The notes under the pieces: generated by a model | What the model saw: only the letters and a program-made list of their open reading frames with translations | Databases searched by the model: none | Told to the model about the DNA's origin: nothing | Source: Intoshia linei | Lineage: Eukaryota > Animalia > Orthonectida | Direction: 5' to 3' | Assembly (NCBI GenBank): GCA_001642005.1 | Contig: LWCA01000240.1 | Coordinates: 1-37,101 of the forward strand | Length of the DNA: 37,101 nucleotides | Program-made: the position numbers and the translations under genes | Shown here: piece after piece, positions 25,333-37,101 of the stretch | Layout of the letters: the number at the start of each line of letters is the position of its first letter | How positions within the stretch are numbered: the stretch's first letter is position 1

Positions 25333-26085
25333 ATGCAAAATCAACGTAAAAGTATTTTACGTAATTCGCAAAGTTCGGGTACGAGCAAGTAATTTTATAA
25401 TCAGTAGATTATTTTTTTCATTTCTAGAAAGTCAATGAAATGGGACGAACAGAATATTTTGGAGACTTATCACCCGATTGATAAGGATTATGGTCATATG
25501 AAAATAACTGAACCTAAAACACCATACAATGAATTAATATCTGATGATGAAGACGAACCAAACCTTTCAACGAAATTAAATCAAGCAGAGTTAACACTAA
25601 AGTATATTCGTATCAAATTATTTACTGTTATTTCTACTTTAATTGCTATTTTGAACGTTGAATTGTCATAAATCTTTTTAATTGTCTATTTTTAAGTTTC
25701 TAAGTAGTAATTACACTTATGTAAATTTTATTGATAATTATGGTAGGGTAGCGTTGGCATTATTATAATTGGTAGATAGAATGGAATAGAATATTCAAAT
25801 GCTAATTCGTATATTTAAATGTATTTAGATTCTCAAGCATTGGTTTTGCTGAACCATCAAAGGCAATTTCGTCCCATGAAGGTTGAGTATTATTTATTCA
25901 TTTATGAATTTTTTTAATTAGATCGATCAAATTTTGTCAAAAAACGAAGTCAGCATTATGATGAATTTCGTGTCATGAAACAATTGAGAGAAAAGAATTT
26001 GGACAGGCTATCTGAAATTAATAAAGATTTTAAAAATTCTACTTTTAATGAAGATTCTACTGAAAAAGATGATGAAAATAAATAA
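25333..26085 (+). CDS. PPP1R2: Protein phosphatase 1 inhibitor-2 (IPP-2), 4 exons
   Basis: [11 protein letters not shown] (SILK-like motif)...|[33 protein letters not shown]...|...|[13 protein letters not shown] (HYNE-like motif)...DDENK*. Confidence 0.92.
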
Positions 26086-26203
26086 ATGTGAAGAAATTGA
26101 CAAACTGTCCCAACCTAATTTTTTATATAACTGTTCTATTAAAATATCAGTTTTTGAATGTATTTATCTTTTTGTAAATACTTATACAATATATCGCTTA
26201 ATG

Positions 26204-26639
26204 CAGTGTTCCGAAATGGGGGCCTACAGAGTTTGAGGGGCTGCAGATTTAAGAAAAATTTTAAAATTGAATTAGAATCGTTGACATTAATTTTATTTAG
26301 TGTTTGATATTTAATATATTTTTGAAATTCGGATTAATTTTGCATAATAATAAATTTAAATGTTATTAACTCTTTCGAGACAATAACACGTATATAAACA
26401 AAAAAGAACAAACACAAATTTACAATTGTTTGTATACTAGGCCCTATTAACTAGGGTGTCAATCTATCAAAGTATGATTTATAACGAGAATAAAACCAGT
26501 AATATTAAAAGATAACATTTTTTTAATCACTATTATAATAGTATAATAAACATATTCACTATTTTGTACTAATTGATCTTCTCTAAAAATATGTGTATAC
26601 TGTTAGGGGGCTTGACAATATATTTTTTGGGAGCCACTG
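26204..26639. mobile_element. hAT-type MITE (436 bp)
   Basis: Ends cagtgttccgaaa / tttgggagccactg; TSD gcttaatg / gcttaata (7 of 8). Confidence 0.75.
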
Positions 26640-26877
26640 GCTTAATAAACATTTCTTAATAGGTACATTAGGGTGTGCACTTTTGTTTGAAGTAAAGGGC
26701 TAGGGGACAGTATGCCCCATCTACCATCATGAGGGGCCTACTTTTTTAATGTTGGAAAATTTTTAAGTATAACAAAATTTCGATAACAAATGCGATTTCT
26801 AACGGTTATTTTTAATTTTTAGATAATTATTATTCATTATAATGAATGATTGATTAAGCAATGTATAGAGAACCCAT

Positions 26878-27030
26878 TTTTTTATAGAGACCTACAATTT
26901 CCATCTGGCCCGGGCCTACTACTTGCTTTCCACTGACCTGATTACATCAGCTTGACTGTTATGTACTTAGTACAAACAGCATCCTAGCTCTCCCGAGGGC
27001 AGACTTTTTTAGTCCTACCATAAAATAAAA
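26878..27030 (-). repeat. Two transposon-end modules shared with 2717-2860
   Basis: The reverse complement of 26880-26940 (caggtcagtgg...agtaggcccgggccagatggaaattgtaggtctctataaa) matches 2717-2775. The reverse complement of 26947-27030 matches 2781-2860. Confidence 0.7.
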
Positions 27031-28541
27031 AATCAAATTTTACCATTAAGGGAATAATCCACTTTTATCCATATTTTTTATAAAAATCTGATTTTAACAA
27101 ACCATTCTAGCAATGCTTAACCTGAAGATATTAACGTCATGATTCATGACCAATGATTTCTTGTTCATGAATCGAATCTACTATAGTTCCACTTTTATGA
27201 AATGGCACGTTCTGTTAACTTGAAAGTTTAAATTTAATTCACAAATTGTTATGATTTTCGAGAATTAGGGTTGGCAATTTACAGAATAAATTTTTACCTG
27301 TAAATTATCCATAATTTTTTTTTAATTACATCAAAACTAATTTAATTTTTACAATTATTTATTATTAATATTATTATTTAAAATTAAATTAAAAATTATT
27401 TAATATTCATTTCTTTTTAATTTAAATGTGATCATGTATTCATCAATTATCCGCTATCAATTCCATATAAAAATATTGAAAAAAAAATTTAAATATTTCA
27501 TTATATACTATAATTAAATTACAAATTAAGAAACTAAAATTAATTGAAATAGCTTAGTTGCTATGATGTTGTCAATCATTATCTTTTGATAGCGAATTGT
27601 AAAATTAAAAAGAGAAGCATAATGTTGATCAGGAAAATTTCAGCTTTTGTTTTGTATGAGTCTCATGCAGATCCTCGAAAAAAGTTTCCATTTTGTTGTC
27701 TAGTGTTATATACTGATGTTGATTTCCGAATATTTGAGATTATAATTGTAACGACTCACTTGAATCGAGTGTTCAGAGGAAAGTTGAGTTGTAGGAACAT
27801 TAATTGGGTTATTTATGACTACAACTGTTAAAAATTTGTAATCTTCATTGCGAAAGGTTTATCTAATTAAATACAATGTGACATGCATTCATGACTTTGA
27901 CACTATGAACATACAAACGAATCAATTTTTCTAATTGCAGGATATATTTGTTAATCAAAACAAAAAATCAATAACAATTGTTTAAATGTCCTATACATGA
28001 TTTTGTTTATACAATAAATCGATCCATTAATAGATTTATTCATCTCCTTCCCCTTAGATAAAAAATTCAAAGTTATTTTTAAATTTTCCTTCATCAACCA
28101 CCAATGATGCGTAGCATATTTATTTGTAACTTTTCTGTTATATTATAAATAATAGTTTTATACATTAACTGCATCGAATCTCAACCAAGCTATGGACCAA
28201 CAATTGTAAAAATGGTAAGCATATCTATATGATACTGAAATATTTACAATGGGTGACTAACTTTAAGATTTATTGTAAAAATGTCGAATGCAATATTTAC
28301 AAGTACTATAATTTAAAAATTCTTCTTCTTTGTCACTACTTTTAATTTAAAATTAAATAAAAGTTGCTATTGGATTTGATAGTCTGAAATCTCACAGAAT
28401 ATCCATTAGATAGATTCGTATGTTAATCGGTATCATATTAATTACTATGCTGCAGAGTTTCCAATAGAATTAATTGTTTTGTTTGCGAGATAGCTACACT
28501 GACCATTTTGTATTCATGTTAATTTAACAATCGCGCAATTC

Positions 28542-31500
28542 ATGATTGCCAATTCGACAAAACTAAATTACGAAATTTGCAATAAATGCAAAAAATCAGT
28601 ACCAAAACAATCTGAACCAATGAAGTTTATAACCCCAATACATCAATGTGAATACGACTGCGATAAGAATATTAACGGTGAATTCGAATGTAAACAACAA
28701 AAAGACTATATCGACTTACCGATTGATGATTTTGATCTAGAATGGAAATCGGTTACTAATATTGATTATTTATATATAGCCCAATTGGCTATTTTTGATT
28801 AGAATCAATTATCAGTTATCGATATTTAGAAACTAGTCTCGTGGAAAATTAAAATGCGGAAAAGATCTCAGGAATTTCGAAATATAAAGAATGAATTATA
28901 CAATAAACAAAACGACCCAAGAAATATCAAACTCAAAACATATCGGCAAATAGTTAATGAAATGTAATTTTTAAACTATAAAAAAGATTTACTAATTCTA
29001 AGATAAATGATGTCATTCAATTCATGATATTATCCGTTTCCTTAAATTAATTAACAACATTCAAAAATATTTTATTAACATGTAAATCAACTACTATCAA
29101 TTTACTTTTAACGATTCATTGAGTAAATGATATATCATAATTTTATAATTCTAAATCTAACAAATAAATGTAAATTCTTCCAATGGCAATGTATTGATTA
29201 CCCTTATTATTTCAATTAATTGATTGAAAACATTACACAATATCCCGTTTATATCAAATTGAATCAAATTTAAAAGGGCTAATAAAATGCATACAAATGA
29301 AAATTACGAAATAAGACAATTACAATGTATTTTTATAAAATCTAGTACAATCCTTATAATTTTCAAAGAAAATATTAACAGTTAATCCCAGTAACGTTGT
29401 CACACTTGAAATAAAATAATAGCAAGGTGTTTTAATAACAACATAATTAATTAAAATATTTAAATACATTAGAGCCGCCACTCTCAACGCGGACCTGTGG
29501 TTTCAGAGGGACCTGGAAAATTTGAATCAACAATCCAGTTTTACCAACCCTTTAGGGAAACTTCCAATTTTATCTATTATTAAAATTTGACAAATTATTA
29601 TTTTTTAAAGTGGAATGTTTTTCATCTTTTATGAAATAGTTTATGCAATTTATAAATCTTGCGTAATGATATTATAAAAATTCACAGTAACCCATACAAT
29701 ACATATAATATGGACTTTTTCGACTCAATAAAGGTAAAGGTAATAACATTTTATCTCGTGCCAAAAACTTGTCTTCAAAATTATAATTTAGTAAACTAAA
29801 TGGAATGTCATGCTTGCATAAAGCAATCTAATTCAATACTCAAATGAAAATAGAGTGTTTTTTAGAATCGCATGTCATAGTTGGTAAAAGTGGAATTTTC
29901 CTAAAGGGTTGGTAAAATTGGATTTTTCCTTTTAGGATTGGTAAAAAGGGAATTTTTACTTTTAGGGTTAGTAACATTTGATTTTTCCTTTTTTGGTTGG
30001 TAAACTGGAATTCTCTCTTAAGGATTGGTCAAATTGAATTTCTTTAAAGAATTGGTAAATTTTGATTTTTAGTAAAAATGGTTATATTTAACACTATTCG
30101 CATTTAATATTATTACTATCTTATAATACCATCTGATTCAATTATAGAGATTATTCTTATATGTAAGGACTTTAATAAATTATTTATGTATTCATCGAGT
30201 ATTTTGTAGAATTATTCACTTAAAATATCCCAAATTTTTTTGTTTCATTTTCCAACATGTAGCAAAACTGGATTTTTCTTTTTAGGGTTGGTAAACTGGA
30301 ATTTTAACTTTTAGGGTTGGTAAAGTTTTATTTTTGTAAAAAATGGTTGGATTTAAGTAGACTCCCATATTCAATTGTTTTTTTAATTTTTGTACGAAAA
30401 TTCTAGATTTTATTAAAAATTACCTAAGTATGTCCACAATTTCTCATTTCAATGTACCTTTCCATAGTTTTTTGAAATTCGCATAATTGTCATAACCTCT
30501 TGGTCAAATTTTTGTAATCATTAGACATTTAGTTCACATTGATTTTAGGTAAATAAGTTTCAATTTTCATAAGATAAAAATTTTATGTTATGAACATATT
30601 TGTTACCAAACTTCAAAGAGTTTGGTTAAATAAAATTCTTAAAAACCCTTCCTTTTTAGGTTTTTTAAGAAAAATAATCTGAAAATTTCCGATTGACAAT
30701 TTGGTTAAAAATAAGTTCAAATATAATTATTATATTATGAAAATTGAGACTTATTTACCGTTTCCCTTCTCACTATAACCGTTTTAATCGGGTGTCCAAA
30801 ACTTTTGCACGGGTCTGTAATACCAAAAAAAAATTCGAAAGGTCCACACGTTGAGAATGGCTGATGTGTAGTGTTTTGGAAAATTATTATTTTTACGTAA
30901 ATTTTCATAACTGAGACCATTAATCAATATACACTTGTATATATTTTTGATTCTAGAAGTAATCAATGGAAAGTAGTTTGTATATATTGCCAAGTACAAG
31001 AGAAACACATGTATATTAATTAATGTAATATTTAGAGAAGAACGTAATTGTATATGCGACATTGATTTGCTGCAGAAAAATGGATCATTCAAACACTCTG
31101 AAATGAATGCGGAAACGTTCACTATAATCAATAAGTCTGCTACAGATAAAGATGTTTCAGATATATCTAATCTGAATGAATATAATGATAACGTGAGTAG
31201 TACGCAAGAAATAACAACCAATAGTGACGGACAATCTGAAACGGATATGGTTAAATGTGACTCTTCAGCACAAGACAGCATCGATAAAAAAAGTAGTACA
31301 ATCTCATATCCTGGTTACGTATCTGATATTCCTAACGTCTTTTGTGATTCTTCATCTGCATCAGCTTCAGAAAAGTTGTTGTCAGATGCCTTGGATCAAA
31401 TGAGCCAAAACCTGAGCGATACTTCCATAATCCGAAACATTGGCAAAAAAATCAATCAAAAATCTCCAAAATCATTAATTTCAAATGATATGGACTTTTC

Positions 31501-32620
31501 TAAAAACGAGCAAGAATTGGGCCTGACCAAATTAAATTTAAATATTGAAAAAGCATTAATGATTCCACGCTATCCAGAAATTGATAGAATTGAAATAGAC
31601 CACGAGATTAAACAAAAAAAGGTAAATTTAACATTTAAGATAAAATTTAAATACATGGATTTAGTATTTGTATCTAATGAAATGTAAAAATCAAGTAAAA
31701 CAGACTGTAAATGATTCATACAGTCCAGAATTCAATGAAAATACAATACACAAAAAAAATTTAAAAATTGTAAACAGTTCACTGATTGAAAAATACAGAA
31801 AAATGAAATTGACAAATCATTTTCAGACCTCAAATTCCCCAAAGCCAGATATACACGTGGAGAGATGTGAAAAAATCAAAGTAGCGCACATCAAAATTAC
31901 ACCTACCATTCCAAAACCATTTTCGGAACATTCATTTATTTTAAATTCCAGAAGTCCAAGTTTAACAAATAACCTACATGACAAGAATGAAACACTAGAA
32001 ATTTTTAAACCGCGTTCTCGTACGCCGCTAGACATTAGTGTATATGAAACACTGAAGAATTGCGAAAAAATTGAAATTTTTTTAAAGGAAAGTTGCCAGA
32101 CCAATCAATCACCAGTACCAATAGATCAAATTCAAAATAAAACACCTGCTCCAATAACGAAAGCTAATCATAAACGAAAAAGTGTTACTTTCTCGAATAA
32201 GCCTCCTATTTTTATACCTCACGTCGTTCAATGCGATTCTGCCCAAGGCACGGATAGTTCTAATGAAACAAAAAAATGTTACAATTTAAATACCAGAGTC
32301 GATAAAACCGATCTACATTGTTCCTTTTGTCTCGAAAATTTAGGTAATTTTGTATGACACCAATTTAATCATTAAATTTTAATTAATAATTTAGAACAAT
32401 GCAATGCCATGATGATTGATTCCTTGGGAATGTTTTTTCATGTGAATTGCTTCAAATGTTTCGTTTGCCATCAAACTCTGGGAAATGGAAAAGAAGGAGC
32501 AAAAGTCAGGATTAAGTATAATAAATTACATTGCAAAGACTGTTACAACATGAACGGTAAATTTTAATTATAATCTAGTTAAACAATATACATTTAGCAG
32601 TTCAATACAGCGACGTTTGA
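28542..32620 (+). CDS. LMO7: LMO7/LIMCH1/Smallish-family LIM-domain protein (start uncertain)
   Basis: FDLEWKS|KLVSWKIKMRKRSQE...IKLKTYRQIVNE|IEER is like the DUF4757 region. After a low-complexity middle, the C-terminal LIM reads CSFCLENL|EQCNAMMIDSLGMFFHVNCFKCFVCHQTLGNGKEGAKVRIKYNKLHCKDCY, and the last exon ends QYSDV*. Confidence 0.8.
29875..30350 (+). repeat. Minisatellite of about 31-nt unit (agggttggtaaa(a/c)tggatttttccttt)
   Basis: About 6 tandem units at 29880-30065 and about 3 at 30260-30350. Inverted copies occur near 29535 and at 11900-12030. Confidence 0.75.
30789..30819 (-). mobile_element. Isolated Tc1-like terminal inverted repeat
   Basis: The minus strand reads TA-cagacccgtgcaaaagttttggacacccg, a Tc1-type end. 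The partner end was not found. Confidence 0.4.
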
Positions 32621-32645
32621 TTACACCAAATTTGTTTTATTTTGT

Positions 32646-33333
32646 TTATAAATCTTTTAATTTCTTTAAATTACGGGTAGCATTAATGTAAGTCATGGGG
32701 TGAATTGGTAGATAACCGCAGATACCTTTTAATAATTAAATTTTTTATATACAATGCAAATCAGTGTTTCTCTCGGGATAAGCCCATTCGCTAGTCAATA
32801 AAAAAATAAAACGATTATAGTGATTTTTGAACCGCTATATCTAATTAAATTACTTATTTATAAAAATTATGTTTTTGTTGTTGATGAAATGACGATTTAA
32901 ATATATCTCACGTAAAAATAATAATTTTCTCAGTTGTATAATTTTTTTTGACATAAAAGATGAGTGCCCAATGAAAGAAACTTGAAAAACCGTGATGCAA
33001 ATATACCCAATATTTTTAAAACTTGTTTGGTGATTGGTACATCTTTAGAAATCCAATATTTTAGCCGATCAAAATTTATTCCACACATTATTTCTCCTCG
33101 TTTGTTGGGCATCGGATCATACCAGCCAATATTTTCGATCGGGTGATCTTTTACAGATGATTTATGGTTCTGAATAGCCAATTGGTAAAAAGGTCTGTTT
33201 GTACATCCTATGATATTTTCTTAGTATTTATGCATATTCAATTTACCTCGTCTAATAAATCTTATTATTGGGGCTAAAATTTTTATTATGTCTTTTTAGT
33301 TCAAATTAATTTACCGTCGACTTTATATACCAT
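32646..33333 (-). CDS. MRPS16: Mitochondrial ribosomal protein S16 (4 exons)
   Basis: MVYKVD|APIIRFIRR|GCTNRPFYQLAIQ...IENIGWYDPMPNKRGEIMCGINFDRLKYWIS...VLKIL|GICGYLPIHPMTYINATRNLKKLKDL*. Confidence 0.92.
32762..32994. mobile_element. hAT-type MITE (233 bp) in MRPS16 intron 3
   Basis: Ends cagtgtttctc / gaaaaaccgtg; perfect 8-bp TSD atgcaaat at 32754-32761 and 32995-33002. Confidence 0.8.
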
Positions 33334-33430
33334 TTTTCGGATTAATATGAATATACTTTTATTTTTTTTCTTGAATATTGTCTGGGATTCTAATTGTCGT
33401 TTCGTTTGATTTTTAGGATTTTATACTGAG

Positions 33431-33914
33431 GAGAGCCGTCTTAAGCCACTTCGTGGCCCTGGGCTAAACAAAGGACCGGTGGCCCTTTAAAGTTTTGAGC
33501 GCAGCGAGAAAAAATTTCTAGCGAAGCGATAAAAAAATTTACGGCCCCTTTTTTGAAAATTAATGAGAGAAAATAAAAGATTTCCTACTTTCTTTTTTGA
33601 ATATTCACTTAATAGAAAGGTTTTAATGTTTAATATTATCATTTGAAACAGTTTTTATGTCTATAGTATATGATGAACATTGTAAAATATATTTTAAATT
33701 GAATATTTACTAGAACTTTGATTCTTTAAACTTTTTTCTTTCCAGCTATTTAAATTCTAACACTTCAAAACTTATAAACTGTTTCTTAAGATATAAATTT
33801 GAAGTATTTTTTAATAAATTGAGGGCCTCTTTTTAAGATATAAGCGTAAAGTACTTTTATTAATGAGTGGCCATGGGCTACAGCCCATATTGCCCTTGCC
33901 TTAAAACGGCTCTG
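33431..33914. mobile_element. hAT-type MITE (484 bp) upstream of MRPS16
   Basis: TIRs gagagccgtcttaag / cttaaaacggctctg; TSD atactgag / atacggag (7 of 8); repeated subterminal tggccc motifs. Confidence 0.8.
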
Positions 33915-34059
33915 ATACGGAGGTCACAGATTATATAACTTATGCTGAACCTATCGTACCAAGAAAACCATCTTCGGGTCTCGAGGAAATTTTTGTAAAA
34001 TGGTACTTTCATTCACGATGTAAGATTCTTATAAGTTGGATCAAGTCAATTTTTTTAAA

Positions 34060-34535
34060 AGTATAGGAAAAAGGGGGTTTTCCCTTAAGGCTAGCTAAAT
34101 TGGATTTTTATATTAGGGTTGCATTAAATGGAATTTTTAAATAAAATATTTCAAAAAAAGGGTTTTTCCCTTAAGGGTTGGTAAAATTGGATTTTTTATA
34201 ATGGGGGTAAATTAAGTAAATTTTTCTCATTAGGTTTACTAAAATCGGATTTTTTAAAAAAATACTGGAAAAGGGAGATTTTCCCTTAAGGGTAGGTAAA
34301 ATTGGATTTTTATATTGGGGTTGGATTAAATGGACTTTTATCGAGATTCGATAAAATCGAACTTTTGAAAAATATATTGGAAAAGGTGGATTTTTCCTTA
34401 AGGATTAGTAAAATTATATTTTTATATTGGCGTTGGATTAATTGACTTTTCTCAACGTTTGATAAAATCGAATTTTTAAAAAAAATATTTTATAAAGGGA
34501 ATTTTTCGCTAAGGGTTTGAAATTGTATTTTTTAT
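34060..34535 (+). repeat. Tandem array of about 5 units of 90-115 nt, related to the 31-nt minisatellite family
   Basis: Recurring ggaaaaggg..ttttcccttaagggt(t/a)ggtaaaattggattttt(t)atattgggg at about 34066, 34157, 34267, 34379 and 34495. Confidence 0.75.
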
Positions 34536-34797
34536 TAAATATTATTAGTGCCTGGGTAAAAGAGAGATTTTTGAAATAATAATGTAACGCCCGTCTAGGC
34601 TTTGGGATAAAATCCCAACATCTAGAAATTCTGTGTAAGACTCTTACGTGTGTTAGTGTAAGTCTAACATTAACATACAGAACATTAATTAACTTATGTA
34701 AAAGTATATGCTCGTGTGTAAGTACGACGTTACGGTTAGTAACGTTATAAAATTAAATTGATCATTTATTTATTGATTAATACATTAATTGAAAACA

Positions 34798-35589
34798 ATG
34801 GAGAAAATAACAATGGTAATGCTAATTAAAATATCTAATAACAACAATGTTCGCTAAAGTGGATGACGTGAAATTCTTTTTACGAACCGATTTTTGGACA
34901 TATTTGCATCAAATTAACAATACAAACTATTTTTGTTAAAAATTGTTTTATTCGTGAAGGGATAACGTTGAAAAAAATGTTACCATCTTAGAAATCATCA
35001 ATTCAAATTCAGCCACAAAATTATGAAGATGTCATTTTTCGATAGACATTATCAAAACTTGTATATTTATTTTTTGTATGAAGGAAAAAAATGTTAATGA
35101 TTCTTTACTGCAAATAGGCTGTTATTCAAAATGACGGGGGATATATTTATCATTTATTAATAAACGTTATTAGCTGAATGGAGACAGGGAATCAAAAACA
35201 CTAACAATTCAAATCAATGACGAGAATCATACACTAGGAAACTGCATTGCTTACGCGTTATCTTTGGAGTAATTTGATTTAATATAACTGAACCTTCCTA
35301 TTTATGTTTTCTATTGACGCATAGGTGCACAGATTTAAATATAAACGAATTTTTTAGACCCAACCTGGAGTTTAGTGGATACACTATGCCTCATCCTTCT
35401 AAAAACAGTATTACTATACGAATTCAATCTCTAGGTAAAATTTAAAATATACTTGAAATACTTAAGCATTTAGATCTACCCGCATATCAAGTTTTAACTA
35501 CAGCTCTGAATAACATTAAGAAAATGGCAGACATGTTAAACCGGAAATTCAGAGAAGCTTGTGAAAATAACAATATTCCCTGTGAATAA
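34798..35589 (+). CDS. POLR1D: RNA polymerase I/III subunit AC19 (RPAC2)
   Basis: MEKITM|LNGDRESKTLTIQINDENHTLGNCIAYALSL|EPNLEFSGYTMPHPSKNSITIRIQSL|DLPAYQVLTTALNNIKKMADMLNRKFREACENNNIPCE*. E(D/N)HTLGN and GYTxPHP are AC19-type motifs. The first exon is tentative. Confidence 0.88.
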
Positions 35590-35609
35590 ACTTTAATTAC
35601 AAAATAATC

Positions 35610-36137
35610 TTATCCGCCAAAAAGATATCTAAAGTGAATATTAAATATAGAAATATTGATAGTAATACGTCAAATTATATCCAGGCATTTTCATCTGAAA
35701 CATTCGAATGAGTAAGCTGAAGAATATTGTAAATGATATTGTCGCTGCTGCGCACACAACTATTAAAAAATGTATTTATATAAATTTTATCCAAGTGATA
35801 AATTAGAATTGTCAGTCAAATCATTTTTAAGGAGGTTGGAAGGCAATTACTACATTATTATTATACACACAATGTAACCACAAATTTTTATTTTTGATCA
35901 TTTCAACATCAATTAAAATTATTCAAAAATACTTGTAGCTCTAGAAGACTACAAGTTTTAGAAATTAATAAATTATCGTAAAGAAAAAATGATAAAAACC
36001 ATACTTGTGATAAGGATTGTTAATTACTAATTATTCAATCAATACTAAATTATAATTTAATATACCATTCTTTCCAAAGATAGACTTTGTATTTGGTGCC
36101 TTTATAATCAATATAATGCAGACAAAAATGAATCCAT
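35610..36137 (-). CDS. 3' end of an OST3/OST6-family oligosaccharyltransferase subunit (MAGT1/TUSC3-like); the gene continues beyond the window
   Basis: Exons 36066-36137, 35669-35759 and 35610-35628 give GFIFVCIILIIKAPNTKSIFGKN|VVCAAATISFTIFFSLLIRMFQMKMPGYNLT|YLFGG*, resembling FFSxLLSIFRSKYHGYPYSFL. Not in the ORF track. Confidence 0.75.
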
Positions 36138-36174
36138 CTAAAAATTAAAGAATTACAATAAATATTAACTTGTA

Positions 36175-37101
36175 CACTGCGTTCCAAGTTATGCAAACAT
36201 TAATAATTTAAAAAGTAGTCACTTAATTCTATTAATTTTTTTATCATATTTATATATTCAACTAACAATACTTTAACGTGCCAAAAAAAATAATTACACA
36301 AAAATTACAAAAAATTTTGTGATTTTTGGTGTGCCCAAATTATTATGCAAATGAATATTAAACAATAATTTCTTGTCAATACGAATAAATAAATTTTTAA
36401 AAATATTTAAATAATATAATCCATTGTATTTTAAACCAAATTTAAGCAAAAAAATATAATTAAACTTTACATATTAATATACCCCTTTCCGGGATATTAC
36501 AAGAAAAAGTCTTTTATCCATGGAATTCGTGATGTTTTCCATTGTTTTTTCAGTGATTGTTTTGATTTCTTTGAAAATTGCATGCCAGAGATCATTTTTG
36601 ATTGATATTGTTTATTCCCACTGTATATTTTTCTTTTAATTATGAACTATAGATTTTCAATACAATTAAGATCGGGAGAATTTGGCGGCCAACACATTAT
36701 TTTTTCTGATCCATAGCCATTTGATGAAAGATATTCTTTTGTATGACAGGATGCGTGACTTGGGTCATTATCATGCATAAAAATGAAATTTTTAAGAAAA
36801 CTTTTTCCTTTTTTTTATCCACTAAAAATCGTTATTTTTTAAAAACGCGCAGTATATTTCAGAATTAATTTTGGCTTCATCATCTAACTTAAAAGGTGTA
36901 TAATAGTGTATTTCACAATGCCTGCCCAAATCATTATACTCCCACCCTTTGATGACGCCTTAAACGATTTAGTGGTGATCTGTTATTCACTAACCAACCC
37001 TTACTCCACGAATCTGGCCCATCTAAAGATATTCTGGTTTCATCAGTAAAAATTTATCTTCATGTAATTTTTAGCCCAGGATAGTCGTAATTCCAGGTGT
37101 C
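36175..37101 (-). mobile_element. Decayed Tc1-like DD37E (TRT-like) transposon: 3' TIR plus transposase pseudogene, truncated by the window end
   Basis: TA followed by cactgcgttccaagttatgcaaa, with inner repeat gtgcccaaattattatgcaaa at about 36330. Minus-strand translation: FTDETRISLDGPDSWSKGW...FMHDNDPSHAS...WPPNSPDLNCIENL*...NSMDKRLFLVISRKG. There are 37 residues between the second D and the E, plus stops and frameshifts. Confidence 0.88.

Noticed and set aside
32726-33006. Intronic structured RNA (RNase MRP- or snoRNA-like: atgggcttatc, terminal ctga) in MRPS16
   Set aside because: Explained by a MITE with a perfect 8-bp TSD; there is no GAAAGUCC partner or box C.
33915-34003. Possible exon or RT fragment (TEVTDYITYAEPIVPRKPSSG) split by a MITE
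   Set aside because: Short, has no partner exons, and shares sequence with the repeat at 18672-18688.
34060-34535. CRISPR-like repeat array
   Set aside because: The units are degenerate with homologous spacers, the context is eukaryotic and there are no cas genes.
34583-34734. Solo-LTR-like segment tgtaacg...cgttacg
   Set aside because: The terminal CA is imperfect, and there is no TSD or second copy in the window.
34848-35060. Possible hAT transposase fragment in POLR1D intron 1 (FFLRTDFWTYLHQIN)
   Set aside because: The similarity is too weak to support without an HMM search.

Overview
This is very AT-rich eukaryotic (animal-like) nuclear DNA with dense, intron-rich genes. Most introns are about 35-50 nt GT-AG, and the long ones are filled with transposon debris. 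The style resembles a reduced parasitic metazoan genome such as an orthonectid, but that is inference only. Splicing by hand gives about 11 genes: ARP1/centractin (-), an unknown multi-exon gene (-), an LRRC74-like LRR/EF-hand protein (+), CARNMT1 (-), PRMT1 (-), VMA21 (+), NOP2 (-), PP1 inhibitor-2 (+), an LMO7/LIMCH1-like LIM protein (+), MRPS16 (-) and POLR1D/AC19 (+), plus the 3' end of an OST3/MAGT1/TUSC3 gene (-). Mobile DNA includes at least six hAT-type MITEs with 8-bp target-site duplications (TSDs), fold-back and Helitron-like repeats, a minisatellite family, a retroviral protease remnant, and a decayed DD37E (TRT-like) Tc1 transposon. A decayed LTR-like element whose Gag-like ORF starts with an H3K4me3-reader-type PHD finger fills the PRMT1/VMA21 divergent promoter. 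The two most notable observations are that element and four convergent gene pairs whose stop codons are only 20-40 nt apart. Exon boundaries were inferred by eye and no database searches were run.
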